Shown here: positions 27,518 to 36,824 of the stretch, piece after piece
How the letters are laid out: every line of letters begins with the position of its first letter
How positions within the stretch are numbered: the stretch's first letter is position 1
NCBI GenBank assembly: GCA_024653905.1
Contig: JANLGZ010000019.1
Coordinates: 1-37,923, forward strand
From: an archaeon
GTDB lineage: Archaea; Iainarchaeota; Iainarchaeia; Iainarchaeales; Iainarchaeaceae
DNA: 37,923 nt
Reading direction: 5' to 3'
Notes under the pieces: model-generated
The model's input: only the letters and a program-made list of their open reading frames with translations
Databases searched by the model: none
What the model was told of the DNA's origin: nothing
Translations under genes and position numbers: made by a program

Positions 27518-28705
27518 ATGAAAACAGCAATGGGAATAATATTAATCAGTTTGATTATTGTGAGCGGCTGTATTGCTAACACAAACAGCGAACAAACAAC
27601 AAACAATGAGAGTGAGAAAATTGAATTTTCAAACATTTCCGCACAGGAATTAAACCAAAAACTTGAAAACAAGGATTTCTTTTTGCTTGATGTTCATATA
27701 CCTGAACAGGAACACATTCAGGGAACGGACGCATTTATCCCTTACAATGAACTGGGGGCAAACCTTCCAAAACTGCCACAAGATAAAAGCACGCCGATAG
27801 TAGTTTACTGCAGAAGCGGAACAATGAGTCCCGAGGCTTCACAAAAACTAATTGATTTGGGTTACATAAATGTAATGAATCTTGAAGGCGGAATCAAGGG
27901 GTTTAACGCAATTCAAACTCAAGCTGAACAAGAAATTAGCAAAGGGAATTTGCTTCTTGAATCAGTTGCACCAATAGAAGGAATTGTTTTGCCTGTAAAG
28001 TGGAATGATGTTCTTGTTAAAACAATTGAAGCTGGAGGAATTGATTTGAATAAGTACAATACTCAACTCGCAAAATATAATACTAAATTAACTCCAGAAC
28101 ACGAAAAAATACTTTTCGATGGGAGCGATGAAAATATTATTTTCAGCCATGAAACAGCGCTTTTTAATTTAAACATGCTATGGGCACTTGGATTGATTAA
28201 TGATAATCCAATTCTCACTGAAGGAAAAATTTCCGAATATGAAACTAAAGGAAGGTTTGCCTCAACCGGAGGATGGACTCTTGGAACAAACCCAGGAGGG
28301 GAATTATTGGCAACTGCAAAAATAATTGAACTTACACCTGAACAGCAGGCGATTGTGGAAGAAGTCACCTCGAATGTTTACAGGCCATGCTGTGGAAACT
28401 CAACTGCTTTTCCTGATTGCAACCACGGCATGGCGGCACTCGCGCTCGCCGAACTCATGGCATCGCAGGGAGCAACAAAAGAACAGATTTATGACGCGCT
28501 TCTTGTTGCAAACTCCTACTGGTTCACGCAGACATATGTTAATACCGCAGCTTATCTTGAACAGCAGGGGAAAAGCTGGGAAAATGCTGATGCAAAAGAA
28601 ATTCTTGGAGCAGAGTTTTCAAGTTACTCGGGAAGTATTACAACACAAAAAGCGCTTGAAAACACATATCAAGTGAATAAAGGAGCAGGAGCCTGCGGGG
28701 TTTGA
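27518..28705 (+). CDS. lipoprotein: rhodanese domain plus Cys/His metal-binding domain
   Basis: VSGC lipobox; LLDVH, HIQGT, YCRSG, LEGGI; YRPCCGNSTAFPDCNHG; C-terminal GAGACGV. Confidence 0.85.
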   Translation: MKTAMGIILISLIIVSGCIANTNSEQTTNNESEKIEFSNISAQELNQKLENKDFFLLDVHIPEQEHIQGTDAFIPYNELGANLPKLPQDKSTPIVVYCRSGTMSPEASQKLIDLGYINVMNLEGGIKGFNAIQTQAEQEISKGNLLLESVAPIEGIVLPVKWNDVLVKTIEAGGIDLNKYNTQLAKYNTKLTPEHEKILFDGSDENIIFSHETALFNLNMLWALGLINDNPILTEGKISEYETKGRFASTGGWTLGTNPGGELLATAKIIELTPEQQAIVEEVTSNVYRPCCGNSTAFPDCNHGMAALALAELMASQGATKEQIYDALLVANSYWFTQTYVNTAAYLEQQGKSWENADAKEILGAEFSSYSGSITTQKALENTYQVNKGAGACGV

Positions 28706-28707
28706 TT

Positions 28708-29136
28708 TTAATGAGAATGTCTGCTATTCTTGAACGAAGCCGCGCAATGTGAACAACAAAAAACCATTTCTTTTTCTTTAATTTTTTCTTTATACCCGCC
28801 TTTGTAAACTTCGCAAGCACAGTGAGCACACTTTGATAAATTCGGTTCGATTGCAAGTTCAACGAGTTCAGAAAATCTGTGAAGCATTTTTTCACAAAAT
28901 TTCTTTCCTTCAGGAGTCAGAACATAAACTTTTTTCTCACGCTCACCCTCAGACTTGATTTTAATGTAATTATGCTCCTCAAGCTTTGCAAGGAATGGAT
29001 AAACCTGACCGGGAGAAAACTTTTTCCCAGTTTTTTCACCAACAGTTTTAATTAAGTCATATCCGTGTTTGGGACCTTCATACAGAAGCATCAGTGAATA
29101 AAATTTAGCTAAGTTGGTGACCTTTATTTCTCCCAT
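28708..29136 (-). CDS. PadR-family regulator with C-terminal TRASH-like Cys cluster
   Basis: GPKHGYDLIK, SPGQVYPFLAKLE, KKVYVLTPEG; CAHCAC...FCCSHCA; start at MGEIK preferred. Confidence 0.9.
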   Translation of the reverse strand: MGEIKVTNLAKFYSLMLLYEGPKHGYDLIKTVGEKTGKKFSPGQVYPFLAKLEEHNYIKIKSEGEREKKVYVLTPEGKKFCEKMLHRFSELVELAIEPNLSKCAHCACEVYKGGYKEKIKEKEMVFCCSHCAASFKNSRHSH

Positions 29137-29167
29137 ATTAACACATCCACACAAAAGAGTTAAAAGG

Positions 29168-29192
29168 AGATATATCTTATTATGATATATCA
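29168..29192. promoter_or_regulatory. twin palindromic operators between padR and copA
   Basis: AGATATATCT 29168-77 and TGATATATCA 29183-92. Confidence 0.55.
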
Positions 29193-29212
29193 AATTTAGG
29201 AGGTCTTGCACT

Positions 29213-29251
29213 ATGAACGGTGGAGGCGGATGTTGTGGAGGAGGGCGATAA
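29213..29251 (+). CDS. putative leader peptide MNGGGGCCGGGR
   Basis: AGGAGGT RBS at 29198-204, ATG 29213, tandem TGT-TGT, TAA 29249-51. Confidence 0.65.
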   Translation: MNGGGGCCGGGR

Positions 29252-29260
29252 GCCCTTTTT
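29242..29260 (+). terminator. terminator-like hairpin over the leader-peptide stop
   Basis: AGGGC-GATAA-GCCCT followed by TTTT. Confidence 0.55.
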
Positions 29261-29294
29261 CAAAACCTAAAAAAGTAATTGATGAGGCTGCAAA

Positions 29295-31961
29295 ATGACG
29301 AAAGTAAAAGACCCTGTTTGCGGAATGGAAATAGAACAAGAAACTGCAAAATTTAAGGAAACTGTAAATGGCAAGGAATACTATTTCTGCTCAAAAGATT
29401 GCAGGGACAAGTTCCTTGCTGAAAATTCTTCTAAAAAAATTTCAAAAAAAATGAATCACAAAAATATGCAACACGAAATGCACTCAGAACACAAACAAAA
29501 AGAAAGTGCTCTTTCAAAAGAAACAATAGCAGTTACTGATATGCACTGCGCTTCTTGTGCCCTTACAATTGAAAAAAACCTAAAAAAAGTTCCGGGTGTT
29601 GAATCCGCAAACGTGAATTTTGCCAACGCAAGAGCCACAATTAATTTTGATAAAAACAAAACCAACAGAAGCATGCTTGAAGAATCAATAGAAAAATCTG
29701 GTTATGGCGTTGTAAAAGAACAAGCTACAAGTAAAGATAAAATAATTTTATTAGTTTCAGGAATGAACAACCCTCATTGCGGAGGAATAATAGAATCTAC
29801 ACTTGGAAAAACAAAAGGAGTTAAGAGTTATCAAATTAATATTGCGACACAAAAAGCAACAATCTATTTCGAACCTGAATTAGTTAAAGTAAATGATTTA
29901 ATTCAGGCTATTTCAAATGCAGGCTATGATGCAAAAGTATCCGAAAATACAGACCTTGAAAAAGAAGCAAGAGAAAAAGAAATGAATGATTTCAAAATAA
30001 AGTTTTTTGCATCAATTACTCTATCAGTTCCATTAATGTATCTGATGGCTGCAAATTTTTTACCACTTCCTGTACCTGAAATTGTTTTACAGAATGAAGC
30101 ATTATTACAATTAATATTAGCAACCCCGGTAATGTGGGTTGGAAGAAAATTCTTTTCTTCAGGATTAAAAGCATTGATTCTGAACAGAACCCCAAACATG
30201 GATACATTAGTTGCAATAGGTGTTGGTTCTGCCTACATTTACAGTTTAGTTGCAGTAATAGCCATCCTTACAGGCTCGGCAGTATTTTCGGTGCACGATC
30301 TTTACTTTGAGGTCGCCGCCTTCTTAATTGCATTTATCTTGCTTGGAAAATATTTTGAAGCACTTGCAAAAGGAAAAACCTCCGAAGCAATAAAAAAACT
30401 CATGGGATTACAGGCAAAAACAGCAATAGTTGAAAGGGATGGAAAAGAAATTGTGATTCCGATTGAGGACGTACAGATAGGAGACATAGTTATTGTAAAA
30501 CCAGGGCAGAAAATCCCGGTTGATGGAATTGTTGTTAATGGTCATTCTTCAGTTGATGAAAGCATGGTTACGGGAGAAAGTATTCCGACAGAAAAAAATA
30601 TTGGCGACACTGTTATTGGTTCTACGATCAACAAGACCGGAAGCTTCAAATTCAAGGCGAATAAAATAGGCGCGGACACAATGTTAAGCCAGATAATAAA
30701 AATGGTTGAAGAAGCTCAGGGAAGTAAGGCGCCAATACAGGAATTTGCGGATAAAGTTTCTTCAGTATTCGTTCCAATAGTAATGGCAATTGCAATTGTT
30801 ACAGGATTATTCTGGTTGTTCATAGGGGCACAAAGCTTTTTATTTGCACTAACAATTTTCATAACAGTAATGATAATCGCATGCCCATGTGCAATGGGTC
30901 TTGCGACACCAACAGCAGTAATGGTCGGAACAGGAATTGGAGCCGAACACGGAATCCTGATTAAAAGTGCTGAATCATTACAAAAAGCTGAAAAAATTGA
31001 TACTATTGTTTTCGATAAAACAGGAACACTCACAAAAGGAAAACCTGAGGTTACAAATATTATTGCACTTAATGGATTTGGAGAAAAAGAAATTTTGGAA
31101 ATTGCTGCTGCAATTGAAAACAAAAGCGAACATCCTCTTGGAGAAGCTATTGTAAATTATGCAAAAGATAAAAAAATTAATTTTGGTTCCCCGGAAAAAT
31201 TTAATTCAATAAGCGGAAAAGGAATTGAAGCAATTTACAAAAACAAAAATATTCTGCTTGGAAACAGAAAACTTTTTACAGAAAAAAATATTCAAATAAA
31301 AGAACTTGAATCCACACTTCAGAATTTGGAAGTAGAAGGAAAAACCGCAATGCTTATTTCAATCAACAATAAACCCGCAGGAATAATTGCGGTTGCTGAT
31401 ACTATTAAAGAAAATTCTAAAAAGGCAATTGAAATGTTGCACAAAATGGGCAAAGAAACAATAATGATTACAGGTGATAATGAGAGAACTGCAAATGCTA
31501 TTGCAAAGCAGGTTGGAATTGACAAAGTGCTTGCAGAGGTGCTTCCTGAGGATAAAGCAAACGAAATCAAAAAACTTCAGGAACAAGGCAAAAAAGTAGC
31601 AATGGTAGGAGATGGCATTAATGACGCCCCTGCACTAGCCAGAGCAGATATAGGAATAGCAATCGGTTCAGGAACAGACGTGGCAATAGAAACAGGGGAC
31701 ATAGTGCTGGTGAAAAGCGATTTAAGGGATGTTGTAACAGCAATTGATCTAAGCAAGTACACGATGAACAAGATAAAACAGAACTTCTTCTGGGCATTTA
31801 TTTACAATATTATTGGCATTCCAGTAGCAATGGGGGTTTTGTACCCCTTCACAGGATGGCTTTTAAGTCCAGTAATAGCTGGTACAGCAATGGCATTTTC
31901 ATCAGTATCTGTTGTTAGTAATTCGCTTTTAATGAAAAGATATAAATCCAAAATAAAATAA
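29295..31961 (+). CDS. copA: Cu(I)-translocating P1B-1 ATPase with YHS and two HMA domains
   Basis: [46 protein letters not shown] and MAFSS. Confidence 0.97.
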   Translation: MTKVKDPVCGMEIEQETAKFKETVNGKEYYFCSKDCRDKFLAENSSKKISKKMNHKNMQHEMHSEHKQKESALSKETIAVTDMHCASCALTIEKNLKKVPGVESANVNFANARATINFDKNKTNRSMLEESIEKSGYGVVKEQATSKDKIILLVSGMNNPHCGGIIESTLGKTKGVKSYQINIATQKATIYFEPELVKVNDLIQAISNAGYDAKVSENTDLEKEAREKEMNDFKIKFFASITLSVPLMYLMAANFLPLPVPEIVLQNEALLQLILATPVMWVGRKFFSSGLKALILNRTPNMDTLVAIGVGSAYIYSLVAVIAILTGSAVFSVHDLYFEVAAFLIAFILLGKYFEALAKGKTSEAIKKLMGLQAKTAIVERDGKEIVIPIEDVQIGDIVIVKPGQKIPVDGIVVNGHSSVDESMVTGESIPTEKNIGDTVIGSTINKTGSFKFKANKIGADTMLSQIIKMVEEAQGSKAPIQEFADKVSSVFVPIVMAIAIVTGLFWLFIGAQSFLFALTIFITVMIIACPCAMGLATPTAVMVGTGIGAEHGILIKSAESLQKAEKIDTIVFDKTGTLTKGKPEVTNIIALNGFGEKEILEIAAAIENKSEHPLGEAIVNYAKDKKINFGSPEKFNSISGKGIEAIYKNKNILLGNRKLFTEKNIQIKELESTLQNLEVEGKTAMLISINNKPAGIIAVADTIKENSKKAIEMLHKMGKETIMITGDNERTANAIAKQVGIDKVLAEVLPEDKANEIKKLQEQGKKVAMVGDGINDAPALARADIGIAIGSGTDVAIETGDIVLVKSDLRDVVTAIDLSKYTMNKIKQNFFWAFIYNIIGIPVAMGVLYPFTGWLLSPVIAGTAMAFSSVSVVSNSLLMKRYKSKIK

Positions 31962-32094
31962 TGCAAAAATCCTACATTGGGCCTCTATTGTACGAACAAA
32001 CAACGTAAGACATATGTTTCAAAAAAAAGTATAGGTTTATTTTAAATATTGTTCGTTTAACTTATTCGAATAATATTAATGGGGTGGTTTTCAC

Positions 32095-32175
32095 ATGAAA
32101 GAACTTGATGAAATCAGATTGCAGGATGACGAAGATAACGACGATAGAGACGGAGAAGAATGGGAAGACGATTAA
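32095..32175 (+). CDS. very acidic 26-aa micro-ORF
   Basis: GGGGTGG RBS; MKELDEIRLQDDEDNDDRDGEEWEDD. Confidence 0.4.
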   Translation: MKELDEIRLQDDEDNDDRDGEEWEDD

Positions 32176-32247
32176 TTCCCATTCCTTTTACTTATTTTTA
32201 AAAACCCAAAGATATAAATTCAAAAAACACTTATTATTAGGATTTAA

Positions 32248-32535
32248 ATGGTGTTTGGAATTAGAAGAAAAATCAGAGCTTTTTTTCACCCTGAGAATAA
32301 TGGGGGGCATGGCAGAATACCCCATCTTAACCCAAAAAGGCATAAAACAAAAGTTTCAACTGAAGGGTTTGAACAATTAATAACTGAATTTAGCAAGAAA
32401 ACAGGAATCCCTATTGCTGATGCCAGAAAAGTTATCAAGAGTTATTGTGAAGTCGATGATAAATTACACTCTACAATAGCTAAAGATAATATAGATATAG
32501 CAAAAGAGCAAATACCTGAATTTGAACAAACCTAA
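32248..32535 (+). CDS. hypothetical protein
   Basis: 95-aa ORF with no recognised motif. Confidence 0.5.
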   Translation: MVFGIRRKIRAFFHPENNGGHGRIPHLNPKRHKTKVSTEGFEQLITEFSKKTGIPIADARKVIKSYCEVDDKLHSTIAKDNIDIAKEQIPEFEQT

Positions 32536-33089
32536 TTTTTAGTTAACCATTCACCTAGTTTTCTGGTTGCAATGGCCCTGTGAGAAATTTTGTTTTTTTC
32601 ATCCAGCGGAATATCAACTAATGCTTTTTTGTAACCGTTTGGAATGAAAAGTTTCTCATAAGGAAGCCTGTTTTTATCAAGAGAAACTGTTTTATCCAAT
32701 AAATACCCTTTCAGTTTCCCTGAAAAAACTTTGTACTTTTTCCCATCAAAATAAGCAACAGCAGTTTTGAAATAACACTTTTTATTTTTCGCATTTTTTA
32801 TAAGATTCAGCAAACCAGAAAAACCAATTCCAAGATAAATTCTTTTCGCCATTACCCCGGGAAAATTATTATAACCTTCAAAGTAAACTCCTGTATCCTC
32901 AGCAATAACTGGTTTTTTTATTTTTTCAAATGCCTGCCTTGCTTTTTCTTTCGCAATTTTTTCAATCGAATCAAAATCAGGTTCAAAAATTTCTAATTCA
33001 ATTTGTTTAATTTTAACCCCATACTCTTTGAGGATTTTGCTCATTTCATAAACTTTATGCGAATTACCAGTACATATTACAAGGTTCAT
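32532..33089 (-). CDS. rdgB: non-canonical purine NTP pyrophosphatase (RdgB/HAM1)
   Basis: TGNSHK, AEDTG, FPGV, EKNKISHRAIA. Confidence 0.93.
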   Translation of the reverse strand: MNLVICTGNSHKVYEMSKILKEYGVKIKQIELEIFEPDFDSIEKIAKEKARQAFEKIKKPVIAEDTGVYFEGYNNFPGVMAKRIYLGIGFSGLLNLIKNAKNKKCYFKTAVAYFDGKKYKVFSGKLKGYLLDKTVSLDKNRLPYEKLFIPNGYKKALVDIPLDEKNKISHRAIATRKLGEWLTKN

Positions 33090-33481
33090 TCATCTTCCTC
33101 TTTTATTTCAACAAAAGTAAGATTTATTGTGAACCCATCCTCAGCTTTTCCTCTCACCAAAGTACCATGCACTGGAGGCTTATCAGCAGTAACGATTTTC
33201 ATCTGGCCAAAAAGCTCATCATAACTAAGAGTGAAACTCCCAGAAGCAGTTAGAATAGTTTTGTTTTTTATGACACTTGCCTTGAAGTTCCCTCCTTCAA
33301 AATAATTAATAACCGCTTCCTGTATTTTTCCATCAACAAAACCCACCTGAACCTTATCCAAATGATGTTCTTTCATACCCTGCTTTATGCTTTCAATTAA
33401 GCCATCTCCTTGATCAAGAACCAATTTTAAGTTTTTCTTGATTCCTTTACCATTAAACAAATGAGCATCCACATGAGGCAT
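33086..33481 (-). CDS. PPC/DUF296-like protein
   Basis: LVLDQGDGLIESI, ILTASGSF, VHGTLVRG. Confidence 0.65.
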   Translation of the reverse strand: MPHVDAHLFNGKGIKKNLKLVLDQGDGLIESIKQGMKEHHLDKVQVGFVDGKIQEAVINYFEGGNFKASVIKNKTILTASGSFTLSYDELFGQMKIVTADKPPVHGTLVRGKAEDGFTINLTFVEIKEEDE

Positions 33482-33532
33482 GAAATAAAATAGTTAGATT
33501 GTCTTATTAAATATTTTGACAAAAATTATAAC

Positions 33533-33817
33533 ATGGCAAGCGACTTGTTTGGATTACTTGGATTAGGTTTGATATTACTTGCGTGGATTCCAGGACTGCT
33601 GGAAACAATAAAATCCGGAAAACCAGGGATGCTGAAACGCTTTATGGTTCTTTATTTTTTAGGTTCATTAAGCCTTGGAATTTACGCCTGGCAGTTAAAC
33701 GCAATCCCCTTTGTAATCCTCAACATCATGGCAGCAATAGTGCCTTTAGTGCATTTGTACTTTTTTATCAAAAAACACGGGCTAAAAAGCATTTTAACAC
33801 CTTCAAGTGAACTTTAA
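33533..33817 (+). CDS. three-TM PQ-loop/SemiSWEET-like protein
   Basis: LAWIPG..TIKS; YFLGS...YA; FVILN. Confidence 0.65.
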   Translation: MASDLFGLLGLGLILLAWIPGLLETIKSGKPGMLKRFMVLYFLGSLSLGIYAWQLNAIPFVILNIMAAIVPLVHLYFFIKKHGLKSILTPSSEL

Positions 33818-33842
33818 ATAAGTTTCTCAATTTTGTGATAGC

Positions 33843-35078
33843 ATGGCACAGAAAGAATATGATGTTGTTATAGTTGGCGGAGGTCCTGCAGGATCATCAA
33901 CTGCAATGTTTCTGAAAAGAAACGGAGTTGACAATGTTCTGCTTATTGATAAGGCAACTTTTCCAAGAGATAAAATCTGCGGAGATGCATTCTCAGGAAA
34001 AAGCATGGGCATTGCAAGAGAACTTGGAATAATTGATGATTTCAAAAAAGTCCCTAATGAATCAGTTTACGGAGTATTATTCAGCAGTCCAAAAGGAACA
34101 CAAGTTGAGGTACCGTTTCCTGGTTGTGAAGGAAAAATAAAAACCAAACCAGGATTTGTTGTGAGAAGAATCAACGGAGATAATATTTTGTTCCAAAGAG
34201 CAAAAAAACAAGTTGATACTTTAGAAGATTTTACTGTAACTGATTTAACATGGGAAAATGATTTTGTAACGGGATTAAAAGGAAAGAAAAAAACAGGAGA
34301 AGAATTTTCAATCAAAGCAAAAGTTATTGTCGGTGCTGACGGCGCCAATAGCACAATAGGACAAAAAGCAAAAATTGAACCAAATCCGCCTGAACATCAG
34401 GTTATTGCAACAAGAGCTTATTACAAAGGCGTAACCGGAATGAGTAACAACATAGAATTACATTTTGTGGATGAAATCATGCCAGGTTATTTCTGGATTT
34501 TTCCGCTGGATAATGGATGGGTAAATGTTGGCGTAGGATTATTAGTAAGTGAAAAAAATAAAAGAAAACTCAATCTGAAAGAAACCCAAGAAAAAATAAT
34601 AAGAGAAAATCCTTTATTCAAAGAAAGATTTGCAAACGCAAAAATTGATGAACAAGGAATTAAAGTATGGACCTTGCCTGTTGGGTCATTCCACAAAAAG
34701 AACCATGGAAATGGCTGGGTTCTTGTGGGAGATGCAGCCTCACTCATTGACCCATTCTCTGGAGAAGGAGTTGGAAATGCAATGACCTCTGGAAAATTCG
34801 CAGCAAAATACATTGCAAAAGCATTAAAAGAAAATAATGTTTCAAAAGCGAACTTTGACGATTATGATAAAGAATTATGGAATGCAATAGGCTCTGAAAT
34901 AAAAACATCTTACAGATTACAGAGATTAGGCAGCATAAAATTCCTTTTGAACATGTTTATTGACAAAGCAGTACAGAAAAAAGAAGTAAAAGACATAATT
35001 TCAGGAATGCTCGCAAACGAAGAAGCAAAAAAAGAATCAACCTCAACATTAAGTTTACTGAAAGTATTCCTGACCTGA
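33843..35078 (+). CDS. geranylgeranyl reductase family FAD oxidoreductase
   Basis: VGGGPAG, FPRDKICGD, GADGANS, GYFWIFP, LVGDAA, PFSGEG. Confidence 0.92.
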   Translation: MAQKEYDVVIVGGGPAGSSTAMFLKRNGVDNVLLIDKATFPRDKICGDAFSGKSMGIARELGIIDDFKKVPNESVYGVLFSSPKGTQVEVPFPGCEGKIKTKPGFVVRRINGDNILFQRAKKQVDTLEDFTVTDLTWENDFVTGLKGKKKTGEEFSIKAKVIVGADGANSTIGQKAKIEPNPPEHQVIATRAYYKGVTGMSNNIELHFVDEIMPGYFWIFPLDNGWVNVGVGLLVSEKNKRKLNLKETQEKIIRENPLFKERFANAKIDEQGIKVWTLPVGSFHKKNHGNGWVLVGDAASLIDPFSGEGVGNAMTSGKFAAKYIAKALKENNVSKANFDDYDKELWNAIGSEIKTSYRLQRLGSIKFLLNMFIDKAVQKKEVKDIISGMLANEEAKKESTSTLSLLKVFLT

Positions 35079-35312
35079 TTTGTTTTAATATTGCAAAAAT
35101 ATCTTCACAGAGCACCCCTCTTACAGCTCCTGCATTTTCCACCACCAACGCCTTTGCAATAAGCACCCAACCACAATTTCTCTTGCAGGCATGTAAAAAA
35201 ATAATTAAGCCTACTAGTATTAATTTTTTATATTGCCTAATAAGCAAGGTTAAGGGAAACCACAAATAAAAATTTGATTCAAATATGCACTAAATAGGAA
35301 CATATTTAAATC

Positions 35313-35339
35313 ATATACTGCACATATATTGTAGTATAT
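35313..35339. promoter_or_regulatory. TA operon operator palindrome
   Basis: ATATACTGCA-N7-TGTAGTATAT just downstream of TTTAAA. Confidence 0.6.
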
Positions 35340-35356
35340 TTTGCAGGTGATTTTAG

Positions 35357-35599
35357 ATGAATATAGATTTTAGAGGCAAAACAAAACAAATATTGGAAAG
35401 CATGGTTGAAGAGGGATATGCAAACACCCAATCCGAAGCAGCCAGACTAGCAATAGTGCAGTTTGGAGAAGAACACTTCAATGAAGCGGAACTTGTTAAC
35501 AGAAAGCTTGACAAATTGAACAAGGACATTGATGAAGGTAAAAGCAAACTTTTGACTCCTGAAGAAGCTTTGGGAAAGTACGCAAAATTCTTGAAGTAG
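35357..35599 (+). CDS. ribbon-helix-helix antitoxin
   Basis: LESMVEEGYANTQSEAARLAI; LLTPEEA tail; upstream of RelE. Confidence 0.8.
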   Translation: MNIDFRGKTKQILESMVEEGYANTQSEAARLAIVQFGEEHFNEAELVNRKLDKLNKDIDEGKSKLLTPEEALGKYAKFLK

Positions 35600-35606
35600 A
35601 TAAAAC

Positions 35607-35870
35607 ATGTACAAACCAACTTTTCACAAAGACTGGCCAGAACACTTCAGCAAATTAGAGCACCTTATAAAGGAACGCACCTCAAAGAAAATACAGAAAA
35701 TTCTTGAACACCCACAAAAAAGGCATCTTGAAAGCAGAGCCAAATATTTTGTCGATAAAGTAGGTCAATACCGAATTTTGTACATGATTTTTGAAGAAAA
35801 ACAAGAAGTACGATTCTTCTTTGTCGGAAACCATAAAGAATACGAAAAATGGTACAAACAATTCTTCTGA
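35607..35870 (+). CDS. RelE/ParE-family toxin
   Basis: FSKLE...KVGQYRILY...FFVGNHKEYE. Confidence 0.85.
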   Translation: MYKPTFHKDWPEHFSKLEHLIKERTSKKIQKILEHPQKRHLESRAKYFVDKVGQYRILYMIFEEKQEVRFFFVGNHKEYEKWYKQFF

Positions 35871-35888
35871 CTCATTTTCTTAAATCGT

Positions 35889-36344
35889 TTATCTTCTGCG
35901 GATTGGTTTAAAGTGCGGATTATGGTCGGCATCAAGACGTTTAAAAAATTTCTCACCGTGCTCATTGGGAGCGCCACGATATATGTCAAATTCTCTAGCT
36001 ATTGCTATTTTTTCTGCTTCAAGATACAAAGCCGTGCCAACAGTAAATTTTTTTTCCCTAAAAAGGGCTTTTGATTCATCTTTTTTAGACCAAAGTGCTT
36101 CTATATTAAAAAGTTTTATTTTATTACGCGCAGAAAGAGCTATCACTCCAAGTAAATTACCGCCTTTAACCATACACAAAACAACATTAGCAGGGTTGCC
36201 TAAAATTTTGGCCCATTGTATAACTCGGGAGTCATGTAAATCTTCATATCCTACACTGTTGATTGTAGCCACTCCTTGTATAGCCTCTTCTTGTAAGTTA
36301 GAAGGCAGTTCTTTGAAGTTTATTATTTTAAAATTATCACTCAT
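35889..36344 (-). CDS. hypothetical protein with GNAT-like features
   Basis: LLGVIAL, IEALWS, VGTALY, NEHGEKFFKRL. Confidence 0.55.
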   Translation of the reverse strand: MSDNFKIINFKELPSNLQEEAIQGVATINSVGYEDLHDSRVIQWAKILGNPANVVLCMVKGGNLLGVIALSARNKIKLFNIEALWSKKDESKALFREKKFTVGTALYLEAEKIAIAREFDIYRGAPNEHGEKFFKRLDADHNPHFKPIRRR

Positions 36345-36462
36345 ACTAAATAACAATATTCAATGTGGTTTAAATGTTTTATTAAATCCTTAAAATACAG
36401 AAAATGAGTAACAAGAATTTAGCGCCTCACAAAAAGGTTTAAAGCTATATAACACGCGAGTA

Positions 36463-36701
36463 TTATGGACAATGATGAGGTTACCGCAGAAACTTTGTTG
36501 CGGCGTTGACACGAATTTTCGCTTTCAAGGCAGTTAACTTAAATACGAGTTGGTTCGTAACCTATACGAACTAATTGGGAGTTGAAGGTCAGCTTCAAAT
36601 GTTACATTGAAATGTAACATTCCTACGGGGTTTGTTACGGTTTTTCATAACCTTTTGGCAAGGCGTATGAAACAGACGTTTGCAGCTAAAAGCACCCATA
36701 A
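36463..36701 (+). ncRNA. candidate structured non-coding RNA
   Basis: No ORF; at least 6 hairpins closed by TTATGG/CCATAA; TTTAAA box about 20-25 nt upstream. Confidence 0.5.
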
Positions 36702-36784
36702 AATCGCCGATTAATAGCCAAAAACAAGCGATATTTTGCCACTATTGCCAGATTTTGACTAAAAACACCCAATAAAAACATTAA

Positions 36785-36814
36785 ACTAAACATTTTTATA
36801 TACTTTTGTTTAGT
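36785..36814. promoter_or_regulatory. inverted repeat bracketing the ATPase TATA box
   Basis: ACTAAACA...TTTATATA...TGTTTAGT. Confidence 0.45.
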
Positions 36815-36824
36815 ATACTTATCT

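Noticed and set aside
23113..28705. Selenocysteine recoding or c-type cytochromes in the Cys-rich operon
   Set aside because: No in-frame TGA at Cys-motif positions and no CxxCH heme-binding motifs were seen.
34957..35265. Minus-strand 102-aa ORF
   Set aside because: Overlaps the GGR 3' end and has no RBS or recognisable motif.
36471..36500. Hammerhead ribozyme or C/D box sRNA (ATGATGA...GAAA)
   Set aside because: Lacks the CUGANGA core and stem II closure; no suitably placed CTGA D box.
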